Shown here in pieces: positions 18,870-28,388 of a stretch of DNA of 64,000 bases. A model generated the notes under the pieces. It was given only the letters and a program-made list of their open reading frames with translations. It was not told the origin of the DNA and searched no databases. The stretch covers positions 331,128 to 395,127 of the IMG/VR virus record IMGVR_UViG_3300024252_000004; one strand, 5' to 3'. The first letter of the stretch is position 1. Each line of letters opens with the position of its first letter. A program made the position numbers and the translations under genes.

Positions 18870-19189
18870 CATTTGTTAACCTAATATTGTTTATTCTTAT
18901 TGGCACAGGTATAACTAATGTTGTGGTTAACGCATCAATCCTTGACAGGGTTAGAGATATGTTGACAAGTAAGTCTGATTTTCTGTCCGGCTTATTGGGA
19001 TGCATGCTTTGCTCTGGTTTTTGGGTAGGAGCCTTACTATCACTTGGCTACACAGGCATTGGCTTAATTGCTGGTGGCGCAGTAGTTAGTTTACTGAGTT
19101 ATACATTTGGGAGTGTTATGGAATATCTCCATGCATCAATCACTGTAAAGGAAGCTCAGGTTGAATACATAGATGATGAGGAAGAATAA
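18866..19189 (+). CDS. small membrane protein (DUF1360-like)
   Basis: Hydrophobic helices with LLGCMLCSGFW (CxxCxxxW). Confidence 0.65.
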   Translation: MTFVNLILFILIGTGITNVVVNASILDRVRDMLTSKSDFLSGLLGCMLCSGFWVGALLSLGYTGIGLIAGGAVVSLLSYTFGSVMEYLHASITVKEAQVEYIDDEEE

Positions 19190-19680
19190 TGAGATATTCG
19201 GTTCCCGAAAAAGTAATGAGATTATTGTGGGAAGATGACAAATTTTTTAATGTGACCTGCAAGTCGGCCAGGGTTTCTGTAAATTGTTTTCCAAAGAATG
19301 ACCAGTGGGTTGATGAAAGAGGTTTTAATATGTCTTTTGCGCTTGCCGGATACGGTCCAAAAGACCTTTTGGTACAAATCGCATCGAGCACCTTGACTAT
19401 TTCCAGTAACGGAATTGCTGAGGTATCACCTGAGCAGCCAGTTATTAAAGAGAGCGATGATGCTATGGATGAATATACAAAAACTGCTAAGCAGGTTATT
19501 CAGAAGGGCGCCATTTCGAGAGGAATTGCTCGCAGAAGCTTCAAAGTTAGTCATGCTATTTCAGATGCATTTGATTGTTATAAAGCTATGGCCAGCATTG
19601 AGCATGGCTTGCTTCACATAGTAATCCCACCCAAAGAATCCATTGGGGTAAAAGTTGTGGATATCATGGAGAACGGATGA
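19189..19680 (+). CDS. small heat shock protein (Hsp20/IbpA-like)
   Basis: ALAGY...LTIS, RGIARRSF, ASIEHGLLHIVIP. Confidence 0.85.
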   Translation: MRYSVPEKVMRLLWEDDKFFNVTCKSARVSVNCFPKNDQWVDERGFNMSFALAGYGPKDLLVQIASSTLTISSNGIAEVSPEQPVIKESDDAMDEYTKTAKQVIQKGAISRGIARRSFKVSHAISDAFDCYKAMASIEHGLLHIVIPPKESIGVKVVDIMENG

Positions 19681-19931
19681 TGTTATCGATCAGAGAATTA
19701 GTCGAAGGTGTGGTGTCCTCAATTGTTGACAACACAGACACGGTAGAGATTGTCGAGGAAGAAACTGACAGTGGACTTCTGTTCACGATTACTGTAGGCA
19801 AAGACGATGTCGGTAAGCTTATAGGTAAGGAAGGTCGCGTGGCAAGCGCCCTCCGCACAGTTGTGAAGGCAGCGGGTGCAAAGAAGGGTCAGAGAGTCCT
19901 CGTTAACGTAAATAATAAACCGTTAGGGTAA
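19677..19931 (+). CDS. khpA: KH-domain RNA-binding protein KhpA (YlqC-like)
   Basis: ELVE..V..IVD, DDVGKLIGKEGRVASALRTVV (GxxG loop), ~83 aa. Confidence 0.88.
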   Translation: MMLSIRELVEGVVSSIVDNTDTVEIVEEETDSGLLFTITVGKDDVGKLIGKEGRVASALRTVVKAAGAKKGQRVLVNVNNKPLG

Positions 19932-19936
19932 GGATT

Positions 19937-20140
19937 ATGATGATGTCTGAAAGCAAACTCGATGTCTTGACGAAGAAGATCATCAAGATGTATAAGAACT
20001 ACGGTTTAGATGTATCGAATATGTCTGATGAAGAAATTTCTCGAATTCGCGAGAAGTATGAAAAGATGGGATCGAATATAGATAACGACTTGAAAAAGTC
20101 TGAAAAGTATTCAGGTAATTTTTCAGACCATATTCTATAA
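19937..20140 (+). CDS. small hypothetical protein
   Basis: 67 aa, AAGGA RBS. Confidence 0.6.
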   Translation: MMMSESKLDVLTKKIIKMYKNYGLDVSNMSDEEISRIREKYEKMGSNIDNDLKKSEKYSGNFSDHIL

Positions 20141-20175
20141 ATGTTTTATTGCCTGCTGTATTGGTTGTGTAAAAT

Positions 20176-20652
20176 ATGAAAGTTTGCAAAAAATGTGGCG
20201 AACCAAAGCCATTAGAAAATTATTACCGTTCTGGTAAAGGAAAAAGAAGAGGAACCTGTGTTGGTTGCTACAGAGATCATAGAAAGGTTTCTGACCATAA
20301 ACCCGAAAGTAGATTTAAAAAATACAAGAGGGACGCACGCCGCAGAAGTTTAGAGTTTAAACTTAGCAGAGAACAGTTCTTTTCCTTTCACGGTAAGTCT
20401 TGCCGATACTGCGGAGTAAGCGTTACTCCGATTAGTTTAGACAGAATAGACAACAACCAAGGCTACTTGATAGAAAATGTTGATGCGTGTTGTCATTGGT
20501 GCAATAGATTAAAGCACATTTTTGGCGAGACAGATTTTCTAACGCATATTGAAAAGATATGTAATTATCAAATAGGAAAAAATGATGATAAACAAGAAAG
20601 TCTTAGCCAAAAAGTTAGCGAAAAGCACACTCCTAACACAGAAAGAGGCTGA
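20176..20652 (+). CDS. HNH (His-Me finger) homing endonuclease-like protein
   Basis: CKKC..CVGC zinc finger; CRYCG, LDRIDNNQGY..ENV..CCHWCN. Confidence 0.8.
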   Translation: MKVCKKCGEPKPLENYYRSGKGKRRGTCVGCYRDHRKVSDHKPESRFKKYKRDARRRSLEFKLSREQFFSFHGKSCRYCGVSVTPISLDRIDNNQGYLIENVDACCHWCNRLKHIFGETDFLTHIEKICNYQIGKNDDKQESLSQKVSEKHTPNTERG

Positions 20653-20887
20653 TCAGGTAGTGGATAAACTCTTCAGCATTGTGCTTGAAGAACTGAAGAA
20701 GGGACAGGACATCTCAATCGTAGGATTTGGAAAGTTTTATTTGTACGAGCATAAGTCACGTCCTGTTCGAAATCCAAAAAATCAAGAAGAGATGATGCTT
20801 AAGCCTTATAAGTCAATGAGGTTTAAGACGAGCAACGTTGTGAAAAAACTACTAAAAGATCTGTCTTATAGTGAAGATTCAGAATAA
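20582..20887 (+). CDS. HU/IHF-like DNA-binding protein
   Basis: INKKVL, GFGKF, RPVRNPKNQEEM, FKTS. Confidence 0.9.
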   Translation: MMINKKVLAKKLAKSTLLTQKEADQVVDKLFSIVLEELKKGQDISIVGFGKFYLYEHKSRPVRNPKNQEEMMLKPYKSMRFKTSNVVKKLLKDLSYSEDSE

Positions 20888-20908
20888 GACTGAAGAGGTA
20901 GGATTACT

Positions 20909-22210
20909 ATGGCAACAGACAGCTCAACTAAATTGACAAAATTTGTAAGGTCACAGACCATCGTAACCGCAGACTTCGCCAACGCAATGTATGGCGGACT
21001 GTACGGCACGACGGAAGGTGATGCATTGGACGCAGATGATCCTCGCGTAGCAGGACACGTCCATGATGGGGAGAATGCCGATGGTCATTCTCAGAAAGTA
21101 CATCTTGTAAATCACGTTACCGACCAGTTAACGAATTCGAACTTAGCTGATGATGCGGTTACGAAAAGAAATGTTGCAAGTTTCACAGATGCCTCAGATG
21201 CCATTCCGGAATCGGAAGTCATCGATGGGACAACGTATTACTACCTTGACATCGATCAACCCATTGGTTATTCGACACTACAACTCTCGGCAGATGGAGG
21301 CTCGGTTTCAGGCGATGGTGCCGGAGACATTGAAGCAGATTCATCTGAAGATACGGTTAATATCAAAGCTGGTTCCGGAATTGATATTCTCACAGACTTA
21401 ACAAATGATTCGCTTACAATTAGCAGCACTGCACAGAGTTTTGGAATTGTGGCCATGGGAGCAACGTCCGGAGAGACGGGACAGTTTTCAGGAACAGGCC
21501 CTCTTGAGTCGGATCTTGCGAGAGATACCGTAACTCTTGAAGCTGGTTATGGTATGGACATCACTGGTGACGCATCAGGTGACATAGTTAAGTTTAGAGC
21601 ACAACACTCTATGACGTATCAGCTTCTTGGTCTTGACGCTTGGGTTAATGGTAATTCGCCGGCCGGATGGGGCACAGTACAGACAAGACATTATACAGAT
21701 GGTGGCGGCAGTGATTTGTCATATACCTATCAGATCGTTGCTGATGATGATTATGTTTATGCGACTGTACCTATTCCGGAGAATGCATTTGGAGATAGGC
21801 CAGATAAGGTTGTGTTTAAATCATACTTCATTGCAGCAGATCAGGGAACAGCTTATCTCGCAGCACTAAATCCTGATCCTACTTTTACAATCAGTTTGGA
21901 AATAGGTTCTAATGAGACCCAAGCAGACAACGTTGATAAAGGAACGATTGAAGATGACCAAGATATTACCGCTTCCGGTATGAATCTTTGGACAACAGGT
22001 ATCGCGGTGGCTTCCACTGCTGTAACAGGGCCTAACAGATATTACATTCTGACTTGGCCGGAGCAGACTTTAGGCAAAAGTGGTGTCGGACTTTTAAGTA
22101 TAAGAATGACTGGAACTACAGGTTTCTCATCTGGCATTGGTGACTTTGATAATGGTACTAACAGGGGTCGGGCTGAATTTATCAAAGCAGAACTAACCTG
22201 GTATTACTAA
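20909..22210 (+). CDS. putative virion structural / tail-fibre-like protein
   Basis: GHVHDG, repeated DTV.(I/L).AG.G(I/M)DI..D units, G/T/S/D-rich composition. Confidence 0.6.
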   Translation: MATDSSTKLTKFVRSQTIVTADFANAMYGGLYGTTEGDALDADDPRVAGHVHDGENADGHSQKVHLVNHVTDQLTNSNLADDAVTKRNVASFTDASDAIPESEVIDGTTYYYLDIDQPIGYSTLQLSADGGSVSGDGAGDIEADSSEDTVNIKAGSGIDILTDLTNDSLTISSTAQSFGIVAMGATSGETGQFSGTGPLESDLARDTVTLEAGYGMDITGDASGDIVKFRAQHSMTYQLLGLDAWVNGNSPAGWGTVQTRHYTDGGGSDLSYTYQIVADDDYVYATVPIPENAFGDRPDKVVFKSYFIAADQGTAYLAALNPDPTFTISLEIGSNETQADNVDKGTIEDDQDITASGMNLWTTGIAVASTAVTGPNRYYILTWPEQTLGKSGVGLLSIRMTGTTGFSSGIGDFDNGTNRGRAEFIKAELTWYY

Positions 22211-22237
22211 GATATCTTTGCCTACGAATGAGCGAAG

Positions 22238-22267
22238 TTTTCTAAATTTCCCACAAGGGGTTATAAG
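22238..22267 (+). promoter_or_regulatory. putative promoter, TTTCYA-N17-TATAAG class
   Basis: TTTTCTAAATTTCCCACAAGGGGTTATAAG, 26/30 identical to 8627-8656. Confidence 0.6.
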
Positions 22268-22311
22268 TATGCAGGTAAGGTTTTTCGCCCCTGCTGGCCA
22301 AGGGGAGCAAC

Positions 22312-22656
22312 GTGGAAAAATTAGAAGCATATTTGATCCTCGGATGCAATGGACACTGCGGAAAAGATGGGTTCATCAACTGTACGGGGATATCAAATGT
22401 CGTTATAGACCTTGAAGAGCTTGGCGACGGAACTTATGCTAGGCTATTACAATTCCTCGAAGGCCCATGTGAATTATTTGAAAAGGCCATGTATAATAGG
22501 AATAAGGTTGCTAATACATTAGCAATGATACATCGGGATTATGGTGCTATACCACAGAAGATGCTTTTCAACATACAGGGTTTTATGCAAATGCATAGAA
22601 AATGTGGGCACTACATGATTTTAATTATGAAAGAGGATTACACTAAACATGGCTGA
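22312..22656 (+). CDS. hypothetical Cys/His-containing protein
   Basis: GTG start with GGGGAG RBS; CNGHC, HRKCGH. Confidence 0.7.
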   Translation: MEKLEAYLILGCNGHCGKDGFINCTGISNVVIDLEELGDGTYARLLQFLEGPCELFEKAMYNRNKVANTLAMIHRDYGAIPQKMLFNIQGFMQMHRKCGHYMILIMKEDYTKHG

Positions 22657-23023
22657 AACACCAAGCTCCAAATATATGGAGTCAAAAAAAATTAGAGACG
22701 CCCAAACAGATATGCTGAGGGCGATTGATGAATACAAAGCTGTCCTTAAAGATAGCGTTCATCCAGACAATCAGAACGTAGCCTACAAGAAAAGAGAGCA
22801 ACACGCTCTTGATAAGATGATTAGAGGCGCAAGCGATTTGGATTCTCTGATGGATGAGCCGGGAGCAGGAATATTCGGGCTCATTAGTTTATTGTTCCGC
22901 TCAAATCTTTATCTCAAAAATGAGATCATAAAAGTGAGGAAGGAGCTTAAGCAGAATGAAGTAAAGCTTATGAAACTTCAGGCCAATGCTAAGGGTGCAA
23001 AGAAAAGAACGAAGGCAAAGTAA
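22649..23023 (+). CDS. hypothetical protein (coiled-coil, basic tail)
   Basis: 124-aa ORF, GAGG RBS. Confidence 0.7.
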   Translation: MAETPSSKYMESKKIRDAQTDMLRAIDEYKAVLKDSVHPDNQNVAYKKREQHALDKMIRGASDLDSLMDEPGAGIFGLISLLFRSNLYLKNEIIKVRKELKQNEVKLMKLQANAKGAKKRTKAK

Positions 23024-23253
23024 TGACCCTTAGTGAGTTCTATAGAATAACTGAGGCGCAACATAATCAGCAACAAGAGAAGATCAACGAATATGTCGCT
23101 CTTGCTAAAAATGCTGGTGTTGCGGAAGAAGAATACAAGAAGGACACTGTTTACATTGCGCTTGTTACCGAAGCTGAAAAATATAGATTTGCAAAGAATC
23201 TTATAATGCAGCACATTAAACCAAAGGATAAGAACACCTTTTTCAAACGTTAA
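23023..23253 (+). CDS. hypothetical protein
   Basis: TAATG overlap, 76 aa. Confidence 0.65.
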   Translation: MTLSEFYRITEAQHNQQQEKINEYVALAKNAGVAEEEYKKDTVYIALVTEAEKYRFAKNLIMQHIKPKDKNTFFKR

Positions 23254-23268
23254 AGGAGATGAAGACTC

Positions 23269-24327
23269 TTGAATTCTAAAGCTGTTGAATTTGAAAAATT
23301 GCTTGAGTTAGCCAAAATTAAAGTTGATAACATTACATTAGAAGAGACACCCTTCATCGACAAATACGAAGTCAGATTGATGGATGGAGTGAAGTATTCT
23401 AAGTTAGAAAAAGTCCTGCCGGAACTCGGCATGACATTAAAAGCCAAAGCTTGCCCAATCGGTTATCCGGTTATGGAACGAGGCATTTATCGCATTGAGG
23501 TGCAGAAGGTATCTTTAGCGTCCACTCCATATGCGGAGCTTAGGAGTATCAGAGGGGAAGGCTACGCGCCTGTCTCCTTGGGTGTAGATAATTGTGGCAT
23601 GCCTTTTGGTATCGACCTTCAGACTCTGCCGAACCTTTTAATAGGAGGCACTCCAGGCGCAGGCAAGAGCATGCTTTTGCACTCCATCATCCTGTCTCTA
23701 ATAGAGAAGAACTCCAAACTATACTTGGTAGATCCCAAGATGGTAGAGTTTAATATGTACGAGGATCTCAGAACCGTTTCGGGCATTGAGCATAGTGTTA
23801 AGGGTGTTTATGGCATTATTAATTCGGTTACGGAGATAATGAATAATAGGTTCGAGCGCCTCAGAGATAAAGGTTATCGAGATGTAATGTCATATAACTC
23901 GAACGCACGCACGCCTATGCGTCCTGTGGTCATAGTTGTAGATGAGTGGGCCGATATCATCTTACAGGATAAGAAGATTCAGAAGCCTCTCTGTGTCATC
24001 GCTCAGAAAGGTAGGGCTGCTGGGATCTCAGTTATCTTGGCTACTCAGAGGCCATCATCAGAAGTAATCCCAGGATTGATCAAAGCTAATTTCTCGGGTA
24101 GGATAGCCCTAAGGGTGGCGTCGTACAGGGATAGCATGATTATCCTTGACAAGAAAGGTGCAGAGAAGCTACGTGATGTGGGTACTGGTTTATATATGGA
24201 TCATCGCCGCGCCACCCCAATGTTATTTAGAAGTCCATATATCGGGAATTTGGCAGAAGCCAAAAAGGTTTCTTTAGATATCTACAAAGAAATTAATCCT
24301 TCGGTATGGAAAAGGTTATTTGGATGA
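23269..24327 (+). CDS. FtsK/SpoIIIE-family ATPase (motor domain only)
   Basis: LPNLLIGGTPGAGKS, DPKMVEF, VDEWAD, GRAAGI..ILATQRPS, GAEKL. Confidence 0.92.
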   Translation: MNSKAVEFEKLLELAKIKVDNITLEETPFIDKYEVRLMDGVKYSKLEKVLPELGMTLKAKACPIGYPVMERGIYRIEVQKVSLASTPYAELRSIRGEGYAPVSLGVDNCGMPFGIDLQTLPNLLIGGTPGAGKSMLLHSIILSLIEKNSKLYLVDPKMVEFNMYEDLRTVSGIEHSVKGVYGIINSVTEIMNNRFERLRDKGYRDVMSYNSNARTPMRPVVIVVDEWADIILQDKKIQKPLCVIAQKGRAAGISVILATQRPSSEVIPGLIKANFSGRIALRVASYRDSMIILDKKGAEKLRDVGTGLYMDHRRATPMLFRSPYIGNLAEAKKVSLDIYKEINPSVWKRLFG

Positions 24328-24860
24328 AGAAATTTGCGAGCAAACAAGACATCATAAAGACTGTTAGCATTGTTAAGCTCGCAGAAGAGGCCGGTCTCTC
24401 AATGGAAGACTGTGTATCTGGAAACTTTGACCTGAGATGTAAGTGTCCTGCAAAGGATCACAAGGGTGGCAACGAAAGGACAGCCTCTTTATACATCGAT
24501 AGCAACAATAACAACTTTTATTGCTACGGATGTGGCGCATCATCCAATGTCCTTGATTTTTATATGCTGGTAAACAATATAGAATTCGGAGAAGCCTTCA
24601 GAACTTTGAGAGAGAGGGCAATCCCCTCTGGTGAAAAAACCACCTTCATTGGGAAAGCTTCGAACTTCGTTGTATTGATGGAAATATCTGAATTTTTTAG
24701 AGTCCAAATGTTGAAAAACAGTAAGGATTTGAAGTGGATAAGCGGTATAATGAAGAAGACAGATAAGTATTTGGAAGGCATAGAATCCACTGATGTGGCG
24801 AAAACAAGAGCCCTTCTGATTTCACTCAAAAAGACATTTAAGAAGAGGTATTCTATATGA
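24324..24860 (+). CDS. stand-alone primase zinc-binding domain (zf-CHC2) protein
   Basis: CP..DH...ERTAS, FYCYGCGASSNVLDF...F.EA...L; no Toprim domain. Confidence 0.85.
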   Translation: MKKFASKQDIIKTVSIVKLAEEAGLSMEDCVSGNFDLRCKCPAKDHKGGNERTASLYIDSNNNNFYCYGCGASSNVLDFYMLVNNIEFGEAFRTLRERAIPSGEKTTFIGKASNFVVLMEISEFFRVQMLKNSKDLKWISGIMKKTDKYLEGIESTDVAKTRALLISLKKTFKKRYSI

Positions 24861-26044
24861 GAGTAGCAATCCTGGGGGATACTCACATCGGTGCTATTTT
24901 TGGATTAGGTAGCTCTAAGCCCGAAGGTGGAAACACAAGGGTCGATGACTACAAGGCAACACTTAATTATATTGTAGACTACTGCATTGATAGTGGTATT
25001 GATTTGTTCATACAAACTGGTGATGTATTTGAATCAAGAAATCCATCGCCAGAGCATATGTCAATCTTTAATGATGCGCTCAGGCGCCTATCCTTAGCTG
25101 GCGTAGCGGTTGCTGTAATCATGGGCAATCACGACTATCGTAGAAGTGGTAACACTTTCACAAGTGCGATCTCTTCTATGGCTGCTGTGTATTATCCGAA
25201 CGTTAAGATTGCACTTGAGCCGGAGATTCTTGAGTTAAAGAAGGGCGGAGAACACCTACAGGTTGTGCTCATCCCTTACAGAGATAGAAAAATGTACGAA
25301 GGATCCACAACGGAGGAAGACTCATTGCTGTATGAGCAAGAGGTTAAGGAACTGGTTTCAGCTTGTGATCCAGATAGTCCAATCATCGCCGTTGGTCATA
25401 ATTTTTTCAAAGAGAACTCCTACAATGATTATGGCGGTTTAGAAGTTTTGCCAAGCTTTAACGCTTTCGATGGTTGTGACATGGTGACGATGGGTCACTA
25501 TCATGGTTTCAAGATTCTGAGGAAAATAAAGCCTATTGCAATCTATGCAGGTTCGATGGAGAAGTCGAACTTCGGGGATGAAAAGGTTAAGAAGTATTTC
25601 GTAGAGTACGACACTGCGAAGAAGAAAGTGAAATTCATAAAAACTCCTGTTCGCGAACTGCTCAATGGCACTACTGATCTGTCAATGTATGACACCGAGC
25701 ACTTCTGGAAAGCACTGAAAGATGAATTTTCGAAAGTAGATTTCAAGGATAAGATTGTAAGATACAATATCGCCTTACAGGGCAAGATTCTTCCGACGAT
25801 TAAGAGGACAGACATCAGAGATATGCTCTATGATCTTGGTGCCTACTTCGTTTCGAAGGTGACGCTTGAGCCTATTTTTAATAGGATGGTCAGAGACAGT
25901 GCTGTCCTTGAGCATAAGGACGATATGTCAAGAACTCAGGCTTTTATTGATAGCCAGCCATACGATGACGAGCTAAAAGCAAAGCTCCTCAAAGAGGCAA
26001 AACTTATTGTAGGAACGAATGACTCCACTATTTCTGAAACTTGA
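24857..26044 (+). CDS. sbcD: SbcD/Mre11-like nuclease
   Basis: GDTHIG, TGDVFE, GNHD, GHYH, YAGS. Confidence 0.92.
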   Translation: MRVAILGDTHIGAIFGLGSSKPEGGNTRVDDYKATLNYIVDYCIDSGIDLFIQTGDVFESRNPSPEHMSIFNDALRRLSLAGVAVAVIMGNHDYRRSGNTFTSAISSMAAVYYPNVKIALEPEILELKKGGEHLQVVLIPYRDRKMYEGSTTEEDSLLYEQEVKELVSACDPDSPIIAVGHNFFKENSYNDYGGLEVLPSFNAFDGCDMVTMGHYHGFKILRKIKPIAIYAGSMEKSNFGDEKVKKYFVEYDTAKKKVKFIKTPVRELLNGTTDLSMYDTEHFWKALKDEFSKVDFKDKIVRYNIALQGKILPTIKRTDIRDMLYDLGAYFVSKVTLEPIFNRMVRDSAVLEHKDDMSRTQAFIDSQPYDDELKAKLLKEAKLIVGTNDSTISET

Positions 26045-28124
26045 AAACTTCTTCTCCCATAAGGAGAGCGAGATTGACTTTACACAGTTCAATTCTGCAC
26101 TTCTTATTGGTAACGTAGAGGGAGATTACGACGTATCGAATGGTTGCGGTAAAAGCGCCATCTTCGAAGGGTTGCTGTGGTGCCTTTTTAATAAGTCAAG
26201 AGCCGCAGCTATGAATGATATAATCATGTGGGGAGAGAATGAGTGCATGGTCACTATGACATTCTCTCATGATCTGGAGACTTACAGGATTCGTAGACTT
26301 AGAAGCCGAGTGTCCTCGACATCCACTGTTGCTTTCGACATTCAAGATGAATGTGGCGAATGGATGGATATATCTCGTTCTACTTCTAAGCTCACGAATG
26401 AAGAGATTATGAAGAGAATTAAATTCGACTATAAAACCTTCATCAACTCGGCCTATTTTAGACAGAATGATATCTCGGAATTTGCAGAGTCTGACCCAGG
26501 AAGGAGAAAGGAAATCCTTAAGTCGATTATCGACATTTCAAAATGGGACGAATATGAGGTAGAGACTAAGTCAAAGCTTAGAGTTGCAAAAGGTGAGGCG
26601 AAAGTCCTTGAGGCCCTTTGTAAAGATTATGATAAGCTCGTAGAGGACCTTGTTGAGTATGAGGAATTGTATGAAGAAGCGGCAGTTGCCGCTAAGCAAG
26701 ATTCTAAGGAACGTTCTGACGTAGAGAAGAAGGTTGATAAATTCGCTAAGGCTTACAGCAAGATGAAAGAGAACCTTGATACTGACCAATGGGATAAGGT
26801 ATCTGGAGATATCGATAGGCTTAAAAGGAAGCTTGCAGATAAAAATATTAAGGCAAAGGATCTCGCAAGAAAGGTTGCGAAGTTCGAACAGGAAGTTGCA
26901 GGTCTTGAAAGAAGAGAGTCTGATATTCAGCGGCAGGCTGACTCCATCATCCTTGTCGATAATGCAGAGAAGCTTCTTGAGGAGCTTAGAAAAGAAGTAA
27001 CGACTCATAAAGCTGAGTCGTCATCTGCAAGGGATAGGCTTTCTGATCTTAAAAATACTCATATCCTTGATGGAGAATGTCACGTTTGTGGCAGCGTCGT
27101 GGACGCAGACGTACACGCACGCCTTGTAAGTGAGCATGAAGATGCGGTCACGTTATATAGGCGCAAAAAGGTTTTTGCAGACAATAAGCTGAGGGAGTTA
27201 ACAGTCCGTTCAGAAACTTATGAAAAGTCCCTTCGTGACAAAAGAAAGAAGGACTCTCTGCTCAACACTATCAAGAACGTATTGATGCAGGGAAAGATTG
27301 CTAAAGAGCACCTTATTGCAATTTCCGAACAGCACGAAGAGGCTGTCGGCTCCGTTGAAAAAAATCGTGAATCAATTGTAACCAACGAACGCATCCTGGC
27401 ATCGTTAAGGAGCGACGACTTCAACAACCTGCGCAAGCAGATTGAGGAGCTAAGGATTCGCAAAACGGCCCTGGATGCCTCTCTTGCTAAGGTTAACATG
27501 AGCGTTGGCATTTATCAGGAAAAGGTAGCTACCTGCAAGGTTAAGATTAAAGAGATGGAAGAGTCAAAGGTTGAGCTTTCGATCAAAAGAGATAGAATTG
27601 ATGTTTTGACCAAACTCTATAAAATCTTTGGCAAAAACGGAATCCAGACCATCCTTCTGAATGCCGTTATTCGAGACCTTGAGAACACCTGTAATAAGAT
27701 TCTGAACTCGATATGTACAGATCATTTTGAAATCATCATTGAAACTCAGAGAGTTGGTTCTGATGGAGTTACTATGGTTGATACTTTAGATCTCAGAGTG
27801 AAAAAGGATGGCGTGGTCCAGCACTTCAAGTCGCTGAGCGGGGGTGAAAAATTTCGCGTATCCCTCGCCATCCGTATCGCATTAAGCGAAATATCGTCGA
27901 GACATGGAGGCTCTGCATTAGAATTTCTCCTTCTTGATGAGATTAATTCACCGCTTGACAGGCATGGTATCGAGACACTATTCATCAATGTCATTAAGTC
28001 ATTGGAGGATCGTTACAAAATCATGGTAATTACTCATGATGATACACTAAAGGAACGATTTGATAGTATTATCGATGTGACAAAATCAAGTGGCGAAAGT
28101 ACAGTTAATTTTATTACGAGGTAA
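26019..28124 (+). CDS. sbcC: SbcC/Rad50-like SMC ATPase
   Basis: LENFFSH, NGCGKS, coiled coils with CHVC zinc hook, LSGGEK, LLLDE, ITH. Confidence 0.93.
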   Translation: MTPLFLKLENFFSHKESEIDFTQFNSALLIGNVEGDYDVSNGCGKSAIFEGLLWCLFNKSRAAAMNDIIMWGENECMVTMTFSHDLETYRIRRLRSRVSSTSTVAFDIQDECGEWMDISRSTSKLTNEEIMKRIKFDYKTFINSAYFRQNDISEFAESDPGRRKEILKSIIDISKWDEYEVETKSKLRVAKGEAKVLEALCKDYDKLVEDLVEYEELYEEAAVAAKQDSKERSDVEKKVDKFAKAYSKMKENLDTDQWDKVSGDIDRLKRKLADKNIKAKDLARKVAKFEQEVAGLERRESDIQRQADSIILVDNAEKLLEELRKEVTTHKAESSSARDRLSDLKNTHILDGECHVCGSVVDADVHARLVSEHEDAVTLYRRKKVFADNKLRELTVRSETYEKSLRDKRKKDSLLNTIKNVLMQGKIAKEHLIAISEQHEEAVGSVEKNRESIVTNERILASLRSDDFNNLRKQIEELRIRKTALDASLAKVNMSVGIYQEKVATCKVKIKEMEESKVELSIKRDRIDVLTKLYKIFGKNGIQTILLNAVIRDLENTCNKILNSICTDHFEIIIETQRVGSDGVTMVDTLDLRVKKDGVVQHFKSLSGGEKFRVSLAIRIALSEISSRHGGSALEFLLLDEINSPLDRHGIETLFINVIKSLEDRYKIMVITHDDTLKERFDSIIDVTKSSGESTVNFITR

Positions 28125-28126
28125 TT

Positions 28127-28345
28127 ATGACAGTAAAAGAACTAATAGAAGAGTTGAAAGGGTTGGAGCAAGATAAGGTGCTTCTTGTTTCTGAAGAGAA
28201 TCAGACGGGATATGTCAGAATGGATATTGATTCGACACTTATGAACTTCAGAAAAGAAGAAACGTCTTGGGGTGGCGAATATTTCGCAGAAGATGAAGAT
28301 GGTGAGTTTGAAGCTTATTTTCTCTATATCAGAGATTTCATCTAA
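28127..28345 (+). CDS. small hypothetical phage protein
   Basis: MTVKELIEEL N-terminus, GAGG RBS. Confidence 0.7.
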   Translation: MTVKELIEELKGLEQDKVLLVSEENQTGYVRMDIDSTLMNFRKEETSWGGEYFAEDEDGEFEAYFLYIRDFI

Positions 28346-28348
28346 ATC

Positions 28349-28356
28349 TACTAATA
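28349..28356 (+). promoter_or_regulatory. TACTAATA putative late promoter element
   Basis: Exact motif, intergenic, 40 nt before ATG 28389. Confidence 0.55.
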
Positions 28357-28388
28357 AAAGTCGTTTCCTAGTTGAGGATCAATAAAAA

